The notes below the pieces were generated by a model that had not been told where the DNA came from, did not search any database, and saw nothing but the letters and a program-made list of their open reading frames with translations. Positions 25,953 through 40,010 of a stretch of 64,000 bases of DNA are shown piece after piece. Positions within the stretch are counted from its first letter, which is position 1. Every line of letters begins with the position of its first letter. Source of the DNA: Octopus sinensis (taxonomy: Eukaryota). The position numbers and the translations under genes are program-made. The DNA lies in NCBI RefSeq assembly GCF_006345805.1, contig NC_043010.1:6324001-6388000 (forward strand). Reading direction: 5' to 3'.

Positions 25953-26305
25953 AAGCACTCCGTCTTACGACGAACAGGGTTCGGTGATCCAAATCAACGG
26001 AACACCTGCTCATGAAATTAACGTGTAGTGGATGAGCACTTCCACATACACGTGCACCCCTAACGCAGTTCTGGGGATATTCAGCGTACACAGAGATGAC
26101 AAGAACCAGCCCTTTGAATACAGGTACAACAGAAACAGGAATAAGAGTGAGAGAAAGTTGTGGTGAAAGTACAGCAGGGATCAACCATCCCTCGGAAGCC
26201 CGTGAGATTTAGGTGTTTTCGCTCAATAAACATTCACAATGCCCGGTATGGGAATCGAAACGCGATCCTATGACAGCGAGTCAGCTGCCCTAACACTGGG
26301 CCATG
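25953..26305 (-). mobile_element. tRNA-derived SINE (family B)
   Basis: Matches 1483-1865 and 2811-3129. Confidence 0.85.
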
Positions 26306-26971
26306 ATCCACTATTGTCTTTATTGTCTGAACCAATGCCTACATGGAAACAATTGAAGTAAAAACCAGACAAACTTATTGTTAGCCTCAACCTCATATAC
26401 ATAATAATCCCTCACTGTTTGTTGTTTGTTGTTTTGTGTGTATTTCCTTTTTGTACTGTCTGCCATGAACTTGAGCTCTTGTGGAGTGTCAGACATCTTG
26501 AATTCTTATTAGAGTGTAGAACAAAATACCTTGCAGCATTAGACAGGTGTCAAAACTATCCAAATTCAAATCTTACCAAGGCCAAACTTTCCCCTCCAAA
26601 TTACTACCCCTGGTGACAAAATTAGAAAGAATTATTATAATGTCTTCTAGAATTTGTTTGGGCCTTGTTATATTTTGTGTTAAAATTTAGAGGTTGACTT
26701 CACCATTCAATCTCTCTAGGGGTTGATTACGTGATGTACCACTCAAGAACTGGGGTTGATGGTATCAAATAACTCACACCTCCAAATTTCAGGCTTTGTG
26801 TTCATCATCATCATTGTCATCGTCATCATCGTCATCATCGTCGTTGTCATCATTGTTGTTGTCATCATCGTCGTCGTCATCATCGTCGTCGTTGTCCTCC
26901 TCCTCCTCCTCCTCATCATCATCATCATCATCACCATCATTACCATTGCCACCACCACCACCACCACCACC

Positions 26972-27515
26972 ATTGAGTAAGAGAGTAGTGCATGCCATCA
27001 AAGTGATGCTGGGGTACAAATGTATGAATCCAGTACATTCATCATGATTACCCATCTGATAAGGGCACACTAGGTACCCGTATCACAACTGTCTGTGCAT
27101 AATGTCAAGTTAAGCAGTACGTACTCATGTCAAGATAAGCTGTACGTGCACATGACCTTGCAGGTGAGGACCCATTTAAAATGTTCGTTGGGTCAACTAG
27201 CCCATCTCATTCAAAAGGTCTCTGAATAAGGTTTTGTTTATGAATGGTAAACAAAACACTCATAATTCCAGAGGTAAATTATCCAAACCTCAAAGAATTC
27301 CTCTCAGCGCATGACTATGATGGTTCACACTACTCCTGCTTGGGATCAGAGATGCACATATTATTAGTTACTATGGAACATGCTCAACTGGTTAAGGTTA
27401 AGCAACTGACAAACAAATCTGTGGTATTGAGTAAAAATATTTTCTGTAGCCCATCTTTCCCACCAAGGCAAAACATACCTGTGTTAACACTTCCAATCAG
27501 GTAGAAGCCATGTGA
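26972..27515 (-). mobile_element. Non-LTR retroelement 3' end, diverged copy
   Basis: Reverse complement aligns with 32248-32720; its 3' end abuts a trinucleotide array. Confidence 0.75.
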
Positions 27516-27805
27516 GCCACTACTTGCACTTTGCCTTTCATCCTTTCAGGGTTGATAAATTAAGTACCAGTGAAACACTAGGGTCGATTTAATTGACTTA
27601 TCACCTCCCCAAAATTTCAAGCCTTGTGCCTTTGGTAGAAAGGATTACTATTGCTATTGTTGTTGTTGTTGGTGTTGTTATTGTTGTTGTTCAATAGATT
27701 TGACATATGCTCAAAACAGATTCTTCTAAAGATATATATGTGTTATATGTGGTGTATCAGTGGGTATTTATATATGGATGCATTTCTGTTGTGTCAATAT
27801 ATGTA

Positions 27806-27901
<96 letters not shown>

Positions 27902-28126
27902 TGTATGTAAAATGACAATCATTAAAACTACATTTAGACTTCTCAGAAAACATCAGCCGTAAAATAAATTAAACACACTGGAACTTGTTTCATGGATAGC
28001 TTTCTGGATAAAAAAAATGTCTTTTTAACAACATTTTATTTTGTTATTTCTTTTTAAGTAGTGTACCACAAGTTTGTTTTAAAATAAAATGGAAAACAGG
28101 AATGTATTAAATAGGTGTATTTTCTC

Positions 28127-28167
<41 letters not shown>

Positions 28168-30526
28168 ACAGTGGTGGTGATAAAAAAAAAATGCTAAATT
28201 TATTTTGAGGAAGATTTTAACTCTGAATACTTACTGATGGGTTTTTGATGAAGAACAAACCAAATCTAAGATATTTTATTGTTTACCAGATAATATAAAC
28301 TGACAGGTAGACAAGAAAAAGCATAAAAAATATAGAAAAGAAGAAAAAAAAACAACAAAAAATTGATTTAAGCAAATAACAGGAATTGAACAAATATATA
28401 TAAAAAAATTTCTACAGCTTTTAAAACCTAAAATTCTATGGAAAAAGGCTGCTACTATAACAATATCTTTTAAGAGATGTAGCTATAATTCTTGGGTTGT
28501 ATTGAAAAGAATTTTAAGAGTTCTTTTTGTTTTTTGTTTTCTGGTTTTGTAAAAAAGATTTGTTGTAGGTTCAAAGACTCGATGCACAATACATGTGATC
28601 ATATAGGCAATAAAACATATGACATCTTTCAGAGAGTTAGCTATCTTTGTTGTTTTATTTTTGACTTAAAAGTGACCAAAGCTATAAAGTTAAAGAGGAG
28701 AGTAGAATAACTGTTTGGTTGATATATTCAACATTAAAAGGAATGCTCAGATATAATAGAGATAAAAGAGGTAGTTAATGATATAAACAATAGGACTGGG
28801 GGAAAAGAGAGAAAAATGTGAGTGAAGTTTGACTAATTGGAAGGTAATGTGTGGAGACTAAAAGAGGAGACATACAGAACAGAAGACTCGAGGAAACAAA
28901 ATTGATCTTTCACTGAATGATAATGATAAACTGGAAGATATCAAAATATCTGCCAAGCATTGAAACATGATAGCAATCATGACAGAAGCAAGAAAACTAG
29001 TTGGAAATATATAAATATAGCTAGAGGGAACATAATACCGATTTAATTCAGTGAATGGGAAAGAATTCAAAGTGAACAAATTTGGCAGATGCAAAGATGG
29101 GAAGAAATAAGACAAGAAAAGACAGATGGAAAAAATAAAAAATTGGAAGAATGATAAATTTGTGTATCAAACATGTGTATCTTATAAAAGGTCTGGGTAA
29201 TAACAATATCAATGGTCTAGCATCAACTAAGAACTAGGTAGTAGACAATTTATATCAAGACTGAAAATTAGATGACTAAAAGTGATTATGTATATTAGAC
29301 CATTAATGGTAATTATGAAGTTTAGTCAGATAAAAGGGATGTGAGGTGTTGGAGAAATTAAGGCAATATTGAATACTAGACAACTAATTTGATTTCAGAT
29401 TATTGACAGAAATGGTGAAAGATGTACATATAAACTGTTAAGGTACTGATGGTAATGTTGAAATTAGCTTAAAGAGGAATTTTGACGTCTTGTAACAAAG
29501 AATACTAATAGCAAAACAGAAAATATTTTGTTGAAAAGAAATAAAAATAGGAAAAAGAGAAAATTTAAACTAATGGCAACAATACTAAAACATTGACTGA
29601 ATATATTGAGAGTAGATGTTTGGAATTTAAATATAATTGTGAGACAGCTAAAATAATGGGTTAATGGACACTGTGCTTTACAATATTTAGTTTCATCTAC
29701 CTCGGATCAGAGTTTAAATCCTATTAGAGTCAAACTTTACTTTTATTTTGCCTCCATTTGTTCAGTACTTACACATTATTTATTAGTAGTGTGCTGGAGT
29801 TAATTTAGGCAGCTACACCTAATTTTCAAACAAACCAAAAATAGGTATGTTGTTTGTCAAAGAAATTATTATTCTTAGCATTTTTGTATCTGTTTCCTAG
29901 GCAATGATATATTGTTGGAAAAATATGTTTTAGAATTTGGTGGTTCTTTTTTTTTTCTATCCTGGCAACCACTAAATTCTTTAGAAGAGAAAAATTTGAT
30001 AGAAACGACCATTAAAGCCGAAACAAACTTTTAACCCGTTACCTATTTAAATTTTGTGTTTTTGTTTATTAACATTTAGTCTGAATAAAACAATTGTGAA
30101 CATGACTTTGCAAACCTGCCTTGACTGGTGAGTTGAGACAATGAGGCAATTCCAGAGGGATGATACAAAGGATTTGGAATAGGGTTTAGTACAGAGCAAA
30201 AGAAGGTAGACTCAACATGGATGATGAGAGGAAAGAGAAGTATGGGTTGGTCAAGCGTGAGTGGATGTTACAGAGATTATTCAGCAAACTGTGACAAGCT
30301 GACTGATTGAGTTGTGATGTGGTTGAACAACTAATTCCAACCAATCAAGATTCTCTGTGATGGGTTGTACTCTTCATCCTTTCAATCACTGAATACAATG
30401 AGGCTCACGAGACCTCTGTTTGAGTGATTTCCTTGAATCAGCATCACATCCTTGTATACCCATCCATCTGTTGCAAGGTTACTCATTTAAAGCTGGGTGG
30501 ACTGGAGTAATGTGAAAAAGAGTGTC

Positions 30527-30935
30527 GTGGCTGTGTGGTAAGTAGCTTGCTAACTAACCACATGGTTCCGGGTTCAGTCCCACTACGTGGCATCTTGGGC
30601 AAGTGTCTTCTGTTATAGCCCCGGGCCGACCAATGCCTTGTGAATGGATTTGGTAGACGGAAACTGAATGAAGCCTGTCGTATATATGTATATATATATA
30701 TAAGTGTGTGTGTATATGTTTGTGTGTCTGTGTTTGTCCCCCTAGCATTGCCTGGCAACCGATGCTGGTGTGTTTACGTCCCCGTCACTTAGCGGTTCAG
30801 CAAAAGAGACCGATAGACTAAGTACTGGGCTTACAAAGAATAAGTCCTGGGGTCGATTTGCTCGACTAAAGGCGGTGCTCCAGCATGGCCGCAGTCAAAT
30901 GACTGAAACAAGAAAAAGAGAGAGTGAAGAGAGTA
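30527..30935 (+). mobile_element. tRNA-derived SINE (family A)
   Basis: Near identical to 14218-14673. Confidence 0.92.
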
Positions 30936-32202
30936 ACTCAAGAACATAGTGCACAACCCGTCAGGGAATCATAAACAAGGTCTTGCAATCAGGTGTGCCG
31001 AACCCTAACCACTAAGTCACTCAAAAATTAGCAACTGCTGTAGTACAGTTGAAACGTCTTAGGGAGGAGAAACAGAAGTTTCTGTATGTCAGAGGTTGGA
31101 ACCTGTTTGTGACTAACTCCATAACAATCAGTACAATTAGAATAGCTAAGCTGATATAATATTCAATTACAAGCTTACACATATTAGATTTGTCTCTAGG
31201 CGCGGGCATGGCTGTGTGGTTAGGGAGCTTGCTTCCTAGCTACATGGTTTCAGGTTCAGTCCCACTGCGTGGCACTTTGGGTAGGTGTCTTCCACTATAG
31301 CCCCGAGCCAACCGGAGCTTTGTGATTGAATTTGGTAGGTGGAAGTTACTGCTGTGTGTGTATGTGTGTGTATAGCTGCTCAGTGCCTCTCCGAAAGAGA
31401 GAGAGGGAAGACATTGTCATGTATTAGTGTAGTATATAAGACACTAAATGTATCTGTTGTTAAGATTAAAAGAAAAGACTTCTAGAAATACTCCATGAGA
31501 TAGACAAGCATTCTATCCAGGAGAACATCTTTTATAATCTATTACATCATAAAATCCAGAGCTGCCCACTGGGTCTTAAAAACATCTCCTACCAAAGTCA
31601 CCTTAGCAGATTTTGAACTCAGAACATAAAAAGCTAGAAGAAATGTTGCTAAGCATTTTGTTTAGAGTGGTAACGATTCTGCCAACCTTGCTGCCTTCAT
31701 AACAAAAATAATAATAATTCTATATTATAATGAACGCATTAATGTATTATCAACAGCATTAGAACTGTAATTGTTTCCCATTTATTTTCATTAACAAGTG
31801 CAGTTGCAAAATGCATAACATTAGCATAAAGTGGATTAATTCTCATTGCTATTTAAAGTTAAGGAAATAATCTGAATTCTATTTGCTGGAATTATACAAC
31901 CAGATGTCCTTCATAATGTCAATCACAAACTGGGGGCAGCATCTTAATTTATTTAAGTATACAGGGCATGCACCTCAATGTTACTTTTTCGAAGGACAGC
32001 TAATTAAAAAATTTGTAAAAGGATTTCAACTCATAGCCGATAGGTCAGCAGACAAAGATATTGACCACTCAGCCAGTATATACCACAACAGTATGATATT
32101 ACTTATTCTTACCACTGGCTATTATACTGCACATTGGTGTCATTTCCAGAGTTGACAGCTTAGAAAAATTTCTGCTTGTTCGCTGCTTCAGTAATAATAA
32201 TA

Positions 32203-32245
<43 letters not shown>

Positions 32246-32247
32246 TA

Positions 32248-32720
32248 GTCTTGGTATAAAAGATGGGCTACAGCAAATATTCTGCTCAATACCACAGATT
32301 TGCTTGTCAGTTGTTTGACCTTAACCAGTTGAGCATGTCCCTTAGTAGGTGACGATATATGCATCTCTGATCACGAGCAGAAGTAGTGGGGGAGCATCAT
32401 AGCCATATGTTGAGAGGGATTCTTTGGGGTTTGAATAATTCACCTCTGGAAACATGGGTGGTTCTTTCAACATCCTTAAACAACCCTTATTCAGGGACCT
32501 TTTGAGCGGGATGGGCTACTCAACCTGAAGAAAATTCTAACTGGGCCCCACCTGCAAGGTCATGTGCTGTTTATCTTGATATGAGATCACCATGTCACGC
32601 ACATATGGTTGTGATGCATGTGCTTGGTGTATCCTTATCAGACGGGTAGTCATGATGGGTATACTGGGCTTTGCATATTTTACCCCAGTGTCACTTTGAT
32701 GGCATGCACTGCTCTCTCAC
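32248..32720 (+). mobile_element. 5'-truncated non-LTR retroelement 3' end within (AAT)n; Dong/R4-like inferred
   Basis: Preceded by (AAT)n 32193-32246 and ending gcactgctctctcac-ataataat; second copy at 26972-27515 and the extreme 3' tip at about 38132-38146. Confidence 0.7.
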
Positions 32721-32729
32721 ATAATAATA

Positions 32730-32767
<38 letters not shown>

Positions 32768-33711
32768 ATTCTTATATTTGCTTGATGAGTATCAGATGAG
32801 GGTGACATTTCAAGGAAAGTTTTATAATTTGTAAAGGAATTTACATAAAAAGATGAAAAGGTAAAGAGAGTATGGAGGGGGGGAGTGAGCAGATGAAAAG
32901 TATACATAGCATACAAAATATGTGAACACATAGATAATGTAGTCCTTCTGATACAGGAGCACCTCTAACTAAGGCTCATTGAGAAACACCACAGATTCAG
33001 GATCATTTAATCACCAAGGACACGTGCCCTTGTCCATCTACAAGTACATGCATCTCCAATCTGCAAGTGCATGCATGTAGTAATCCTATTCACCCTAAAC
33101 CATTTTCACCACAGTCATCCAGTTTTTAACAAATTTACTGTGTGTGAGAACTCCCCTAGACATCTTCACTTCCTTTCTAAGTGGAATTTAAAAAAAAACA
33201 ATCAATTAAAAAAAAAAACAGACTGAATAGAACAATGTCTGTCCTCAATTTTTCCAGTTTTTTTGACAAATTTACAGAGGGCAAGAACTCCCCTAGACAT
33301 CTTCACTTCCTTTTAAAAGTGGAATTTAAAAGCAAAACATCAATGAGGGCCTGACTGAATAGAACAATGAATGTCTGTGTGTGTGTCTTCTAAGATCTCG
33401 GTCATCCTCCATCTGATTGCACTCAAATTTGATATGTAGATACCAACGGTATCAGGACGTGTATAAAACTTGAAAAAATTACAAAAATTGATTCCAGGTG
33501 AGAATGCAATTGATAAAGCCGTAGGAACGTGCATTTGTACCTGTAAGTACATCAGTCAAAATCCGTCTTTTGCTGGTGTCTCAAATTTAGGTTAAATCAG
33601 TGTTTCTCAAAGGGGAAGCCTATGGGACGGTTGGAGAAGTTGTTTTGAGAAAATTTGGTTTAAATGTTTGACAACTCAGCACCATCCATTGGACGGGATG
33701 CATTTTGCTCG

Positions 33712-33733
33712 TATTATTATTATTATTATTATC

Positions 33734-33764
<31 letters not shown>

Positions 33765-33842
33765 TCACTGCCTTGAATCAAACTCGGAATCTTCGGGTTA
33801 GTAGTGATGAGCCTGCACTCTTAACCACTACGCCATATGCCC
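33712..33842 (-). mobile_element. Inverted copy of the tRNA-like head of the adjacent SINE
   Basis: Reverse complement gggcatatggcgtagtggttaagagtgcaggc...gagtttgattcaaggcagtgacctgaataataat matches 33845-33975. Confidence 0.9.
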
Positions 33843-33844
33843 TT

Positions 33845-34160
33845 GGGCATATGGCGTAGTGGTTAAGAGCGCAGGCTACTAACCCCAATTTTTGGAATTC
33901 AATTCCAGGCAGTGACCTGAATAATAATAATAATAATAATAATGATGATGATGATGATGATGATGATAATAATAATAATAATAACATCGAAAAATACCTT
34001 AGGAATGAGAACCCAGGTTTGAAATTCCCCCAAGACACCTGATGAAGGCTGGAGGGTATATCAGCCGAAATGTTGTGTCAACAATAAACAAGATGAAGAC
34101 AAATATCTGTCAAATGTACATAAAGTAAATAATGTACATAATTCCTCGTCTCTTAAGTAT
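33845..34160 (+). mobile_element. tRNA-headed SINE containing a minimal hammerhead ribozyme motif
   Basis: A box tggcgtagtgg, degenerate B box, internal AAT/GAT tract, HHR at 34034-34079; tail gtacataattcctcgtctcttaa also seen at about 546-572. Confidence 0.8.
34034..34079 (+). ncRNA. Minimal type I hammerhead ribozyme motif
   Basis: GACAC CUGAUGA A GGCUG(10 nt loop)CAGCC GAAA UGU U GUGUC: 5-bp stems I and II, minimal stem III. Confidence 0.7.
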
Positions 34161-34350
34161 TCTCTAAATATTGTTCTTTAGTTCCAAAATACATATATAA
34201 TTATTCTGGTAGCCATGGGTGAAGCATATATTTTGTCAATGATTATGGATTAAAAATTCACACACACACACCCACACACATGCACACACACAACACTCAT
34301 ACATGCACATGTATATAATATATATATATATATAAAGCATCATCCAAACA

Positions 34351-34558
34351 TGGTTGATGCCAGCCCCCTCTGGCTCCTCTGCTGGTGGCATATAAAAAGC
34401 ACTCACTACACTCTCGGAGTGGTTGGTGTTAGGAAGGGCTGTCAGATCAGATTGGAGCCTGGTGCAGCCTCCTGGCTTCCCAGACCCCCAATCAAACCGT
34501 CCAACACATGCCAGCATGGAAAATGGGCGTTAAACGATGATGATGATGATGATGACGA
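34351..34558 (+). mobile_element. LINE-tail/SINE repeat family copy
   Basis: Same family as 5374-5573. Confidence 0.85.
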
Positions 34559-34561
34559 TAT

Positions 34562-34592
<31 letters not shown>

Positions 34593-34692
34593 CACATACA
34601 TATACAAACATACACACATATACATATATACATTTGTATGTTTATGCATTTGTATATAAATATGTATGCATATATTTAATATCATTCTTTTG

Positions 34693-34739
<47 letters not shown>

Positions 34740-34800
34740 CACATGCACATGTGCACATGCATTTATATGTGCGTGTGAGTGTGTGTTTGTGTGCATGTGA

Positions 34801-34879
<79 letters not shown>

Positions 34880-35559
34880 TGTGTCTGTGTTTGTGTGCAT
34901 ACAAAGCAAACCTCTGAAACACACAGTCATGTTTTATCCATGGTCTTTCTATTTTTATTTCTGCTGTATGATTGGTCAGTTACAAATATTATGAATGCTA
35001 TTAGAAACCATTGTTAACATTACTTTAATTAATTAAGGATAATGGTTCGGTGGAAGGCGCTGGACAATGAACTAAGTAAACATCTTAACTGACATGGCTT
35101 TTCATCCCTCCAGAGTTAATAAAATAATGTCTGGGTGTGTCCCAATGTCAACCCAATCGATTATATCTCTTCCCTATGTATGTGTGTTTCTGAATCAATA
35201 TGGAAAAGAAAATCTGATATGACTGAGTCCTACTGTAAATGCTGTGTTGTATTTAGTCTTATCCCATTGTCATCTGTATTTAAAATATTTACAAACCCTT
35301 TGCCTTAGACCATTATTATTTTTCTTGTAAATATAATTCTAAGTGCATCGATAGGGAAAATGACCAGAACAGTTGGTAGAAATAGAACCATTAAATTAAA
35401 TACCTTACAGATTTGCTGATTTGTGTCCAGAGTAAATACTCTGATTATCTATAATAAGTGTGATTTCTACGCTCACTGCCACAAATATGAGATGATCCAA
35501 AAGGAACAACATTGTATTAGAAATCCAAATACTGTCACACCCTTAAACCAAATAACTGA

Positions 35560-35900
35560 TGCAACAATCATCACCTCAATCAAGACTAAAATCAAAAAAT
35601 AAAAGAAAATCAAGGAATCTTGGTGAAACAAATGGAAGGAACAGCCTCTCAGTGATAGTTATTGGGTTGAAGATCACACTGAATCCCTGCTTGGTTACTC
35701 TCCTCTAACCAGAAGGTGTGAACATATACAACCAGATAGAACAGCAGCTAACCTTCACAAATCCCTTATAAATCAGTTATTCCCAGTGACTGGCCACCTT
35801 GACCCTATGCACATCCAGAACAATTCATCAAACTGGTGTAACATCCATCAATTTGATTTCGATATAAATTTGGAAGAATGAGAGATGGTATATGAAACAA
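35560..35900 (+). pseudogene. Possible R4/Dong-type non-LTR ORF remnant
   Basis: Frameshifted DHTES-AWLLSSNQK...TAA resembles the post-RT region of restriction-endonuclease-type LINEs; heavily decayed. Confidence 0.3.
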
Positions 35901-36278
35901 CAACAATCTTATCATCAGGGCTAGTGCCAGGGTATTTAGCACCCTAAGTAAGGACTACAATGTATGCATTATCTCCTTGTCATGGCTGTTAAATACAAGC
36001 AAGGAGCAGTACTTTATGATGTATTACTCATGGAAGTTGTCTCTATAGATCTTCCTTAGAAACTAGAGTCAGCAGTGGAAGTTACATCGTTTCATATATG
36101 AATACACTTATGAAAGCAATGTGATTGAAGACAGAAAAATAGGTAATGGATGTATATATATATATATATTTCAGTCCTTGCTCCTTCTTCATTCAGCACC
36201 GCATCCAACCCATTAACCATCCATGAACACATTGCTTAAATAACCACTAAAAATAGTGGTATAATGTTATTGGATATA

Positions 36279-36640
36279 CAGGGTGTCCACAAAGTCTTTA
36301 GACAACTTCAAAAAGTCATTACAAAAATCATTGCAAAAATCTTAGAAGAGGAAGAAATAAATTTTTGTTGTATATTAATGTTATAATTAAAGGACACAGA
36401 ACACAAGACACATATATAAGGACACAGGAAATGTGTTGAGGCCGACAAGAAGCGTCGATGCTTCCTAGGGCTAAACAGCGGTGGTGTAATTCCCTTACTG
36501 TCACGTTAAGTTGACAGTATACAACCACGTTATAATTAAAGTTTTTATTAATGATATTAACAGTTTTATTAATGTTATCCAGTTTCCATTGTAATTTTAA
36601 TAAATTTTTCTTCTTGTCTAATGACTTTGTGGACACCTTG
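36279..36640. mobile_element. Tc1/mariner-type MITE
   Basis: TA-flanked; TIRs cagggtgtccacaaagtctttagacaa / ttgtctaatgactttgtggacaccttg (27 bp, 2 mismatches). Confidence 0.88.
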
Positions 36641-37190
36641 TATATAATGTACAATATCATGTTTAGTTGGTGATGATTCAGCTTTCCTCTATGGCTAAAA
36701 CATTAGTCAAACAACTATAACAATTCTTCATTGTCTGACGTGAAAACTAGGGCAAAGGTTAAAAGAATATTTATCACCACCTAAACGTAGGAGTTCTATA
36801 AGAACAGACAATATTGCAGAATTGTCTGCCCTTATAGAACACCTACGTTTAGATGGTGAGAAACATTACTTCTCAGTATAAATACAGCTTTCATCTCTAA
36901 TAACAAACTAGTTGACTAGGTTAAAAGAATGTTTGCTGCATAATTTTTTCTGGTATCCCTATGTTTTGTGCCTTCTTTGCCTAATGGATAATGCTGGGTC
37001 TTCCAATTATTGTTGGTGGTTGTAACTGATGTACCACTCAAACCAAAGAAACTGTTTCTATTGGCTATACTAATACTGGTGCTATCTGTCACCCTTTTTT
37101 TTCTGGTGACCAGAAGAATGATTGCACTCACAAAGCACAAATCTGGACCAGATTCTAAAAGGTATCTTGTTCAGTATCCTTATAATTCTT

Positions 37191-37607
37191 ATTTCTTTAT
37201 AGCCCACAGGGGGCTAAAAATAGAGAGGACAAACAAGGACAGACAAACGGATTAAGTCGATTACATCGACCCCAGTGCGTGACTGGTACTTATTTAATCG
37301 ACCCTGAAAGGATGAAAGGCAAAGTCAACCTTGGTGGAATCTGAACTCAGAACGTAGCAGCAGACGAAATACCTATTTCTTTACTACCCACAAGGGGCTA
37401 AACACAGAGAGGACAAACAAGGACAGAGAAATGGATTAAGTCGATTACATCGACCCCAGTGCGTGACTGGTACTTAGTTAATCGACCCTGAAAGGATGAA
37501 AGACAAAGTCGACCTCGGCGGAATTTGAACTCAGAACGTAGCAGCAGACAAAATACCGCTAAGAATTTCGCCTGGCATGCTAACGTTTCTGCCAGCTCTG
37601 CTCGCTC
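37191..37607 (-). mobile_element. Two tandem SINE family D copies
   Basis: Units start at 37191 and about 37374; the first lacks the head. Confidence 0.88.
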
Positions 37608-38101
37608 GCTTACACATATGACATACCACTAAGCTTTTTCTGCTCACGTCTACTCATCCTGGACTTGTATTTTATCTATCAACTCTGGAAGGAGGAAAAG
37701 CAAAGTTGACTCTGAGCACAAAGAGTCAGAGAAAATACTGCAAAGCATTTTATCCTACATGTTAATGTCTCTGCCAATTCATTGTCTTTTATTCCAGGAA
37801 TTTATCAGAAAAAAATGGGAGAAACAGCAATATTAAAGTAAATACTTTATGATTCCATGTAGTGTCAGTATAGCTGAGTGGCTAAGAAGTTTAGTTTGCG
37901 ACTATGAAGACCCAGGTTCAATCCCACAGTAAGATATATTGGGCAAATGTAATTTTCTATAACTTCATGTCAACCTATACCTTGCGTGTAAAACTGAGTA
38001 TATGGAAATTGTATGGAAGCCCTTGGAACCATGTGGTTGGTAAGCAAGCTACTTACCACACAGTCACTCCTGCACCTATATTATTATCATCACCATCATC
38101 A

Positions 38102-38133
<32 letters not shown>

Positions 38134-38265
38134 GAGTGAGAGAGCAATTATTATTATTATTATTTTTATTATTTTGTAAAGTCTGGCACATATTCTATCA
38201 GTCTCTTTTGTAGAACTGCTAAGTTACAGGGGTGTAAATACACCAGCACTAGTTATCAAGCAGTG

Positions 38266-38317
<52 letters not shown>

Positions 38318-38571
38318 CAAGCTTCTTTCAGTTTCTCTCTGCCAGATCCACTCACAAGACTTTGGCCAGCTCAAGGCTATAGTAGAAGGTACTTGCCCAA
38401 AGTGTCACACAGTGGGACTGAACCCGGAACCATGAGGTTGGGAGGCAAACTTCTTACTACGCAACCATGCCTCTGTCTACTGGATAAATATGACTACACT
38501 TCACACTGTTATATGAAAAACTTGTCAAATTCCATTCCTTCGCTTAGTTACTATATAAGTATACTACAAAC

Positions 38572-38705
<134 letters not shown>

Positions 38706-39299
38706 ACTGCAGATGTTATTTACCATTCCTTCTCTTCTCTCTTTACTAAAGTGAAACTATGTATAAGAAGTGCAATGCAGTATGACAGTGAACATGGAGA
38801 GTATTTAGATTAATTGGAGAGGAAGGAGCTTGGATATAGTGTGGTTTATACTGGATATGTGATGTATGATGATAAACTGACAAGAAAGGCTGTGGGAAAG
38901 TAAGTTGAAAGAGCAGGTTGGATTTAAATGATGTTATCTGATCTATAAAGGGAAGATGTTTTCTGCTGATAGGGTACAAATAAAGAGGGAATGGATAAAT
39001 ATAGCTGGGTGGTAAATTATGATGTGTGTTGATGGTTGGTGAACGATAACGTAAGCAGGAGTAAGTGGGGAGAGAGTGTGGGGAGAGAGAGAAAGAGAGA
39101 GAAAGAGGGAGAGGGAGAGTGTGAAAGGAAGGGGGATGTTTTGGAAGAATTAGTTAGGAGGACAGACCAGAGAATATTTGGTGCTTAAGAATGAATTAAT
39201 GAAGTTATTATTGATGTACGTGGAGACATGACTGTATTGCCAATCAGACTAAACTTAGGTAAGATTGAGGGAAATAAAAATATGTGCTTTAAAGCTACT

Positions 39300-39444
39300 G
39301 CTGTTGCTGATGATGATGATGACGATGATGATGGTGGTGGTGATGGTGCTTTGGTGGTGGTGGTGGTGATGGTGAAGGTGGTGGTGCTGGCAGTGAAGAT
39401 AATGACGGTATTATTGGTGGTGGTTGTAGTGATAAGCATGGTAG

Positions 39445-39479
<35 letters not shown>

Positions 39480-40010
39480 TTGTTGAGGATGGTATTGTGG
39501 TGGTAGAGGTGGTGGTGGTGGTGGTGGTGGTGGCAGTGGTGGTGTCAGCAGTGAAGATGATGGCAGTATTGGTGGTGGTAGCGATGGTTGTGATGATTAG
39601 GTTGGTGATGATGATGATGATGATGAGGAGGAGGAGGAGGAGGAGGATGTTGACAAAGTGTTGGTAGTGGCTGTAGTGATAGTGGAGGCAATGGTTATGA
39701 TGATGATGATGATGATGATGATGACGATGATGATGATGATGACGATGATGATGACGATAACGACGACGACGATGATGATGACGATGATGATGATGATGAC
39801 GATGATGATGATGACGATGATGATGATGATGATGATGATGATGACGACGATGATGATGATGACGATGATGATGATGATGATGACGATGACAATGATGATG
39901 ATGATGATGATGATGACGATGATGATGATGATGATGATGATGATGACGACGACGATGATGATGACGATGATGATGATGATGACAATGACGATGATTATGA
40001 TGATGATGTG
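39300..40010. repeat. (GAT/GAC/GGT)n compound trinucleotide array
   Basis: Directly visible; explains the poly-M/H/S/I ORFs. Confidence 0.97.

Noticed and set aside
28200-29700. A-rich region as a LINE remnant or gene
   Set aside because: Purine-biased and possibly LINE-derived, but I could not read any diagnostic motif.
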